DNA from: Candidatus Obscuribacteraceae bacterium
GTDB taxonomy: Bacteria; Cyanobacteriota; Vampirovibrionia; Obscuribacterales; Obscuribacteraceae
Direction of reading: 5' to 3'
Assembly: GCA_044226015.1 (NCBI GenBank)
Contig: JBGAHS010000008.1
Location: 224,001-288,000 of the forward strand
DNA length: 64,000 nucleotides
The first letter of the stretch is position 1, and the number at the start of each line of letters is the position of its first letter. Of this stretch, positions 15,001 through 24,000 are shown piece after piece. The notes below the pieces were generated by a model. It did no database searches. It saw only the letters and a list, made by a program, of their open reading frames with translations, and was not told the DNA's origin. A program made the position numbers and the translations under genes.

Positions 15001-18000
15001 GCTAGCAGAGAAACTTACAGATTCAGCAACACCATTACTCTGAACTGTGACTATGCCACTGCCAGCCAGTGTCGCAGTTCCTGCGGCACCTTGCGCAATA
15101 ACACTGAGGCTTGAGGCAGCACCGGGGGCGAGCGTTGCATTAGCACCATTTGCGAAGGTCTGCGTGGTGCCCGTCGCAAGATTAACACTAGCAGCTTGAA
15201 TGCTTATGGCATCAACAGCTGTTGTTCCTGCGCCAACATCCATAATCAGATTTCCTGCAAACGACAAGGTTCCTGTACCTGACACACCAGAGCTGACGAG
15301 AATCTTGTTGTTGGCAGCATTCTGAGTCAACTTCAAGCTGCCATTGCCCACAAGGGTCAGAGCACCAGTACTGCCACTAACATTTATGGAACCGTTTGAT
15401 TTGCCCGATTGCAAGGTGGAAGCACCAATGTCAAACTGTGAACCGACGTTGACTTGCGCATCACCATTGACAGTGCCAACAGTAACGTCGCTAAGAGTTA
15501 GATTTCCAGTTGAAGCATCCAGCGTGAGATTACCACCTACGCTGAGACTGCCACCAGTTGACGATATCGTGATTGACTGCCCCGATGCCGCAGCAAAGGT
15601 GTAAACTCCATTTCCATTGAATGCAGCGCTGCCATTTACATCAACATTGAGACTTCCAGCCTGCGAGAGTACGTCAACATTTTTGCCACCAGCGATAGAC
15701 TGTGACAAGCCATTACTGAGAATAAGATTTGAGCCTGCATTAATAAGGACCGAACCACTACCACTATTAGCATCAAGTGTGCCAATTCCACTCAAGGTCA
15801 AGCTCGTTGAAGGAGAACTCGTCAGAGTAATTGCATCTGCGATTCCAGCTGTGCTAAAGAGAGTTCCATTATTATTGATAGTGCTATTCGATGCACTGAG
15901 TGTGAGGCTTCCAGAGGAGCCGACACTCACACCATTATTGACGGTGATTGCACTTGAGTTAGAGACGGATACAACTGTATCCCCACCAAATTGTATTGAT
16001 GAACTACCAGCGGCTGTCTTTGAAAAGCTGACGCCGGACCCGGCCGTTCCTTCTGTCACCGTGAAGCTGCCACCAGTAAATTGAGCCGTTCCGGCAGCAC
16101 CAGATACGTTAAACTTCGATGAGCCAGAGCTAGAACCTATACTCACTTGCTTGCCAGAAAGAACAGTCTGATTCATTCCAGACTCAAAGTTCACTGTTCC
16201 GTTGGCGCCGCTCTGTATCTTTATAGACCCGAGCGCACCACTAGCGTTAAGGCTGCCAGTTCCACGCAAGGTCAGATCGCCAGTACTCTGAATGCTGATC
16301 GAATTCGCGTTATTTGCGACGCTGCTGAGCGTTCCACCATTCTGCAATGTACCACCATTTTCGTTGATGGTGAGATTACCGCCACTAGATACGGTGACAC
16401 CAGACCCCGGTCCGTCGATTGTGATGTCACCGCTGCTGCTGATGGTGAGAGCGCCATCGACGGAGAAAGTGCTGCCACTGTTCGCCTGAGTGAAGCTTAT
16501 GCCGCCAGAGCTGCCGTCATCGGTTATCGTCGTTGCGCCAGTACCGACGAACGAAGCTACACCAGCTGGTCCGGATACATTCACTTTCAGTCCACCAGCT
16601 GAGCCTGATGAAATCGCGAGTCCAGCGCCACCTGCAATGGTCTGAACAGTGCCAGATTCTATACTCAAGGTCGAAGCGCCGGCGGGCTTGATGGCAACAG
16701 AACCAGAGCCTGTCGCAGCATCGAGCGTACCAGTTCCAGCAAGAGTCAGCCCTGAACTGCTTTGAATGGTGATAGCGCCAGCAGTACCATTAGTACTCTT
16801 CACAGTGCCGTTATTGGAGAATTTGCCTCCATTCTCATTTATCGTAATGGTTCCAGCAGATTGCAGAGTCAAACCATTTTGAAGAGAAATATCACTCGAA
16901 CTTGTAACCGAGGTGTTCCCGCCAAAATTCAAGGTTGAACCAGAGGATGTACGGGTCAAATTGACACCAGCCCCGCCGCCATCCGAAATAGAGTAGTTTC
17001 CAGAGCCTGTGAACGTCGCGATTCCAGAAACGACATTGAGGTTCAATGTGCCTGCGCTCGATGTAGATATCGAAACATTTCGATTCCCTACAATTGTTTG
17101 ATTCAGACCACTAGCGAGGTTTATGATGCCAGCACCCGGCGCCGTGATTGCTACCGAGCCGCCCGCTGATGCATTCAACGAACCTGACCCTGCCAGTGTC
17201 AAACTGGAATCGGTCTGTATTACGAGGTTGCCCGCAGTACCTGCTGTGCTGACAAGGGTTCCGTTGTTCGTCAAGGTTCCATTGTTGTTGGCATTGACAG
17301 TGAGCGTTCCCGAACTAGATAAGGTAACGCCAGACGTGACATTGACATTGCCACCATTTACGGTGACTGCAGTGTTGCCCCCGAGACTGAGTTGATTGCC
17401 AGAATTGTCCCCAGTGAAATTAATATTGTTTGCGCCAACAGCAAGGAATGTATATAACGTCCCTCCAGTAAAGCTCGCCGTTCCGGCACCTTTGATATTA
17501 ACGTTCAAGTTTGAGTTGTCGGACGGAGTGAAAACAAGATTACCTTGAAGACTCTGGCTTAATCCTGCCTCCAGATTAATAACGCCACCAGCCGTCGCAG
17601 AAAGATTGACATCACCAACGCCACTAGATGCATTGAAGCTGCCATTCCCCTGCAGGGTGAAGCCGCTGCTGCTCTGCAACAGTATGTTCGCTCCAGCACC
17701 AGCGGTACTCGCAATAACACCAGAATTAACTAAAGTGCCACCATCTAAATTGAAGGTGAGCAAACCAGAGCTACTAACAGTTGAGCCCGCTCCAACAGTC
17801 ACAGTACCGGTGCTGGTGATTGAGGATGAAGATCCTAACAAAAGCACACTTGGCTGGTGCGTTGTCGTCAGGGTGACTCCTGCGCCAGATCCGCCATCAT
17901 CTATATTGATGACTCCGCTGGAAAAGCCGCCGGAACCTGCGCCACCGATAACTAGAACCGTTATAGCGCCTGCGCTGCTCGGCGATATAAGAACTGTCTT

Positions 18001-21000
18001 GTCCGCTGTCACGCTCTGATCAGTCCCAAAAAGGAAATTGACTAGACCGCTAGCAGGCACAGCCAAGCGCACTGAGCCCGCTCCAGACGAAACATCGAAA
18101 GTTCCAACCCCGTGAATAGTGAGGTTGCTTGTGCTCTGCACTATCAAATTATTAGCAAGACCGCTATCACTACCAATGGTTCCATTATTGTTTAGTGCAC
18201 CACCATCAACATTGAGCATCAATGAGCCAGTAGCACTCTTCACTGTTACGCCGTTTACATGAATAGAACCGCTGCTGCTTACTGTGCTGTTTCCTCCTAG
18301 AGAAAGCACGTTGCCCGAATTACTCTGAGTAAAGCTGATACCAGCTGCAGCGGTTCCTTCAGTAAGGGAGAAGGTTCCACCAGTGAATCTGGCCGTGCCG
18401 GCTCCGCTTACATTTAAGGACAGAGCCCCGCTCGTCGGTGTGATGCTAACAGACTTGTTACCCGTGATGGTCTGGTTCATTCCAGCTGCAAGATTCAGTG
18501 TGTTTCCAGCGCTTGGCTGCAGCAAAATCGAGCCAGCCGCACCGCTAGACACATCAATGTTTCCGGTACCAGCAAGCGTGAAACCGCTTGTACTGGTGAC
18601 TTGGACATTGTTGCCAGCTCCTGAAGTACTGACTATAGAGCCGTTGTTTGTGAATGTGCCACCATTTACATTAAGAAGAACGTTTGCCGAGCTCTGAATA
18701 GTACCAGAGTTAGTAAGATTAGTTGAGCTGAGAGTTAGATTTCCTGTGCTGCTGACGGATACATTACTTATACCGATCGTTCCGCCAACGGAGTTGATAT
18801 TTGTAACGCCCGGCAAACTCAAAATCGCGTTGCCAGACGTTCTGGAGAAGTTAACGCCTTGAGCTCCGCCAAAATCATTGAATGTATAGGTACCGGTTCC
18901 AGTAAACGTTGCAGTGCCTGAACCACCAGAGACATTCACGTTGAGCGCGCCAGCAGTAGCAGGGGATACTGTCAAATTACGGTTGCCGGTGAGAGCCTGG
19001 CTCAGACCGACCGCCAGGTTGAGCGTGCCGCCGCCTGCAGGTCGCAGAGCAACGCTGCCAGAACCGCTGTTAGCATCGAGTGTGCCTGTGCCAGCCAGAG
19101 TTAAGCTGCCAGTGCTCTGAATGGTGATAGCACCAACGGTGCCACTAGTCGAGCGCAGTGTTCCGTTGTTAGTCAGCGTGCCACCATTCTCATTGACAGT
19201 GAGCGTGCCAGAGCTGGCAAGCACAGCACCAGTGTTCATCGTAATATCGTTGGTGCTGGTTACTGTTGTAGCACCCGGAAGCGTGAGAGTGTTTCCCGCA
19301 GTCGAGGCGCTGAAGGTGATACCACTTCCACTGCTGTCGGAGATCGTGTAAGCGGCTGTGCTGGTCAAGCTTGCATTTCCAGCCCCAGAGACATTGATAT
19401 TGAGAGTTCCAGCACCGTTCTGACTAATGGAAATAGGCTTGTTGCCTGTCACAATCGGAGCATATCCGGCGACGAAATTGAGGGTGCCCCCGCCACCTGG
19501 GCTATACCTGATACTTCCATTAACAGTGTTAGCATCTAGAGTGCCGTTTCCAGAAACAGTTAATGAGCCAGTGCTTTGAATTACTAAGCTGTTTGCGACA
19601 TTCGAAGTGCTTCGCAGAGTACCTAAATTACTTAGAGTGCCACCATTGGCATTTACTGTGAGAATACCTGAACTAGCTACAGTTGAGCCGCTAGCAGTCT
19701 GAATAGTTCCAGCACTGGTGAGTGCCGCAGCCGCTCCAAAACTCAGCACAGAGCCGGAACTAGCAGTGGTCAAACTGACTCCACCGCCAGCTCCACTGTC
19801 CGCCACTGTGTAGCCACTTCCACCAACAAAGGCGGCTGTGCCGGCAGCACCCGAAAGGTTCACCGTAAGAGCGCCGGACGACGATGGAACTATCGAAAGA
19901 TTTCCGGTTATATTCTGAGTAAAGTTGGTCGCTGGCAAGAATAACGTGCTACCACCAGCTGGACTCAGTTGAATCGTATTAGAGGAACCTGCATTAAAGC
20001 TACCAGTTAGACCCTGCACGGTGAGGTTCCCCGTGCTAGCAACTATTATGTTGGTTCCAGAAGCTGTGCTTGCTATAGTTCCAGAGTTTGAGAGCGTGCC
20101 GCCGTTAGCGTTAAGCGTCAATACGCCGGTACTGCTCACTGTCATAGTTGCTGGAACGGTGATAGTACCAGTCGTAGTTACAGCAACGGCACCTCCTAAC
20201 GCTAGGGTGCTATTAGCATTCGCTTGCGCAAAAGTGACGCCCCCACCAGCACCGCTGTCAGCTATAGAATAGGAACCGCCAGTGAACGTGGCTGTTCCTG
20301 CAGCACCAGCTACTCTCACCGTCAGAGCGCCTGCGCTGCTCGGCACCATGGAGACATTACTGGTGCCTGTTATGGTCTGATTCATTCCCGACGCAAACGA
20401 TATGGTGCCACCACCCGTTGCCGTCAAGCGAACCGAGCCTGAACCCGAGCTTACATTTATAGTACCTGCTCCAGTTAGAGTCAGCGCGTTGCCTGAACTC
20501 TGCATCACGACGTTGTTGGCTGTTCCCGAGCTATTTACGACACTGCCATTGTTGTTGATTTGCCCCGTCGGAGACACAGTCATCGTAAGAGTGCCAACAG
20601 TCTCAGACAGAGTGGCACCCACACCCACATTGATCTGCCCAGTGCCAGACACTGTGACTCCAGTGCTACCACCAAGCTGTAGAGTGCCATTGGTGAAACT
20701 CACATTGTTGTTGGCTCCGTTGGCAGCAATTGTATACCCACCACCAGCGAACACGGCAGTGCCCGATGCTGGTACGTTCAGAGTGATGCTTCCAGCTGCT
20801 AGCGGTGCCACAGACACTATCTTGCTAGAGCTTACCGTCTGATTCATGCCATTTAAGAAATTAACAGTGCCACCAGCTGCGGTACCTAGCGCAATATTGA
20901 CAGCACCAACAGAATTGGAAGCATCGAGCGTTCCGGTGCCAGTCATGGAGAAAGAGCCGGCAGTATTTTGAATTAAAAGTGCACTAGCGCTTGCAGAGGT

Positions 21001-24000
21001 CGTAGCGAGAGTTCCGTTGTTGGAGAGTGTGCCGCCAACTTCATTAACAGTTAAAATTCCAGCTGACTGAACTTTGACACCTGAAACAGTAATATCTTTC
21101 GCAGCACCGCCAACGACACCAATGGTTGTCGCACCACCAAAGGACAGGGTGCTTCCCGTATTAGCTTGTTGGAACGCGACACCACCCGAAGTGTTATCCA
21201 AAATCGAATAGGTACCGGTACCGGTGAATGTAGCTGTGCCAGCAACTCCGGACACGTTAACAGTTATTGCGCCACTCGAATTAGGAGTGATGCTGACATT
21301 CTTGTTACCAGTGAGAGTTTGATTCATTCCACTGGCGAAATTGACAGTGCCCCCACCAACTGGACTAAACCGCACTGAACCACCGACTCCCGAAGCGTCG
21401 ATAGCACCCGTTCCACTCACCGTGAAATTACCAGTGCTAGCAAAGGTGACCGAGTTCGCAGCAGCCAATGTGGATCGCAGAGTGCCACTGTTGACTACAG
21501 TTGCGCCGGAATTGGCTTGCAGCGTCAACTGAGCAGCACTTGAAACAGTGCCCGAGTTAGTAGTCGTGCCACCATTCTGCGTGATTACTGTAGCACCAGT
21601 GTTGGTCGAAGAAAGATTCGCACCAATGCTAATGTTGCCAGTCGCCGTGATGTTTGTTGGCCCTGCATGGTTGAGAATACTCGATGCGTTTGCTGCGTTT
21701 AGCGTGACCCCACCCGAAGCATTCTCTGTTATGTTCAAAATCCCAGTGCCAGAGAGAGAAGCTGTACCAGCAGCCCCTGATACATTTACAGTGAGCGAAC
21801 CTGCGCTGTTAGGCTGTATTGTGAGAGTTCTAGCTCCAGTATTCTGAGTCGTTCCACTGGCGAAATTAACAGTGCCGCCTCCAGCCGGAGAAATCAGCAC
21901 GGTGCCAGTACCGGCAGAAGCAGTCAGACTTCCCGTCCCACTAATCGTGAGGTTACTAGTACTCTGAACTGAGACAGCCGTTCCACCAGCAAAGCTACTT
22001 GAAACCGTTCCATTGTTAGTGAATGTTCCACCATTAGTATTGACTGTGATGACACCAGCGCTGTTGACTGTCAGCCCGGTGGCTGTCTGAATCGTACCAG
22101 TACTCGTGATGGCAGTTGTAGAACCGAAGCTAAGTGTAGACCCAGCGCTTGCAGTAGTGAAACTGACACCACCACCTGCACCACTATCGGTGACAGAAAA
22201 GTTGCCGGCACCAGTGAAAGACCCAGTACCAGCAGCCCCAGACATATTGACCGTGATGCTGCCGGCAGTCGATGGGACAATTGACAGGTTGCCGGTAACT
22301 GCCTGAGTGAGGTTGGCAGCTGCTAGGGATAAGGTGCCACCGCCGGCAGGGCTTATGCGCACGGTGTTGCCGGCTCCCGCATTCAAAGCGCCTGTAGTTC
22401 CCTGAACGGTAAGGTTACCAGTACTAGTCACTACGACATTGGTACCAGAAGCAGTGCTGGCGATGGTGCCGGAATTCGAGAGTGTACCACCGTTGACGTT
22501 CAGCGTGAACACGCCCGAACTACGCACAGTCATGTTGGCCGGAGTAGTTATGGTACCAGTCGTGGTAACAGATATTGGCGCCCCGAACGCGAGCGTACTA
22601 TTCACAGTTGCCTGCGCGAACGTGACACCACCACCAGCGCCACTGTCATTTATCGTGTAAGTTCCACCAGATAGAGTCGCAGTCCCAGCGGCTCCTGCTA
22701 CGCGCACGGTCAGTCCGCCAGCACTGCTAGGCAACATAGCTACAGTACTGGTACCAGCTACGGTCTGATTCGTCCCCGAAGGCAGGGTTATGGTGCCACC
22801 ACCGGTAGCTGTCATACGGACAGAACCAGAAAGAGTGTTTACATTTATATTGCCAGTTCCAGCTAATGTAAGATTGTTGCCAGAGCTTTGCATTACAAAG
22901 TTGTTTGCCGTGCCAGAACTATTAGCAATCGTACCGTTGTTGGTTATCTGTCCCGTTTGAGAGATATTAAAGGTTAAAGTACCTGATGTTTCTGAAATCG
23001 TGGCGCCGCTGCCGACAGATATCTGTCCGGTACCGGTTGTAGTAACGGTGGTGCTTCCGCCGAGCTGCAATGTGCCGTTGGTGAAGCCGACGCTATTGTT
23101 GGCGCCGTTCGCCGCGATTGTGTAGGAACCGCCAGTGAACGCAGCAGTTCCAGAAGCCGGAACATTCAAGGTAATGCTACCAGCCGCGACAGGGGCTACA
23201 GATAGCACCTTGTTAGAACTTATGCTCTGGTTTAGTCCATTCAAGAAATTGATGGTGCCGCCGGCGCCTGTACCTAGAGCGACGTTTGTGACTCCTGCAG
23301 AACTGCTCGCGTCTAGCGTTCCAGTTCCTGCAAACGAGAAGGAACCTGCGGTATTCTGAATAAGGATAGAATTCGCACTTGCGGAAGTAGAAACGAGGCT
23401 TCCATTGTTAGTAAAAGTACCGCCAACTTCATTCACCGTCAAAATTCCAGCGGACTGAACTTTAACACCAGAAACAGTGATATCTTTTGCGGCACCGCCA
23501 GCAACACCAATGGTCGTAGCACCACCGAAGGAAATAGAGCTTCCAGCATTTGACTGTTGCAACGTAACCCCACCTGATGTACTATCTGAGATGGAATAGG
23601 TTCCAGTTCCGGTGAACGTCGCAGTCCCAGCCGCTCCCGATACGTTGACAGTTATTGCACCATTAGTGTTCGGAGTGATACTGACATTTTTATTCGCAGT
23701 GATGGTCTGGCTCATTCCGCTAGCAAAGTTTACCGTGCCACCACCAGCAGGGCTTATGAGCACAGAGCCACCGACACCAGAAGCATCTAGCGCACCAGTT
23801 CCACTCACACTGAAGCTGCCAGTGCTTCTCAAAGCCACCGAGTTAGCCGCAGCCTGAGAAGAACGAAGAGTCCCGTTATTAATTATGGAAGCACCAGTAT
23901 TGGCTTGAATCGTCAGCGTACCAGCGCTCGAAACAGTACCCGAGTTAGTAATTTTTCCACCGGTCTGCGTGATCGTCGTCGCACCAGTGTTGGTTGACGA

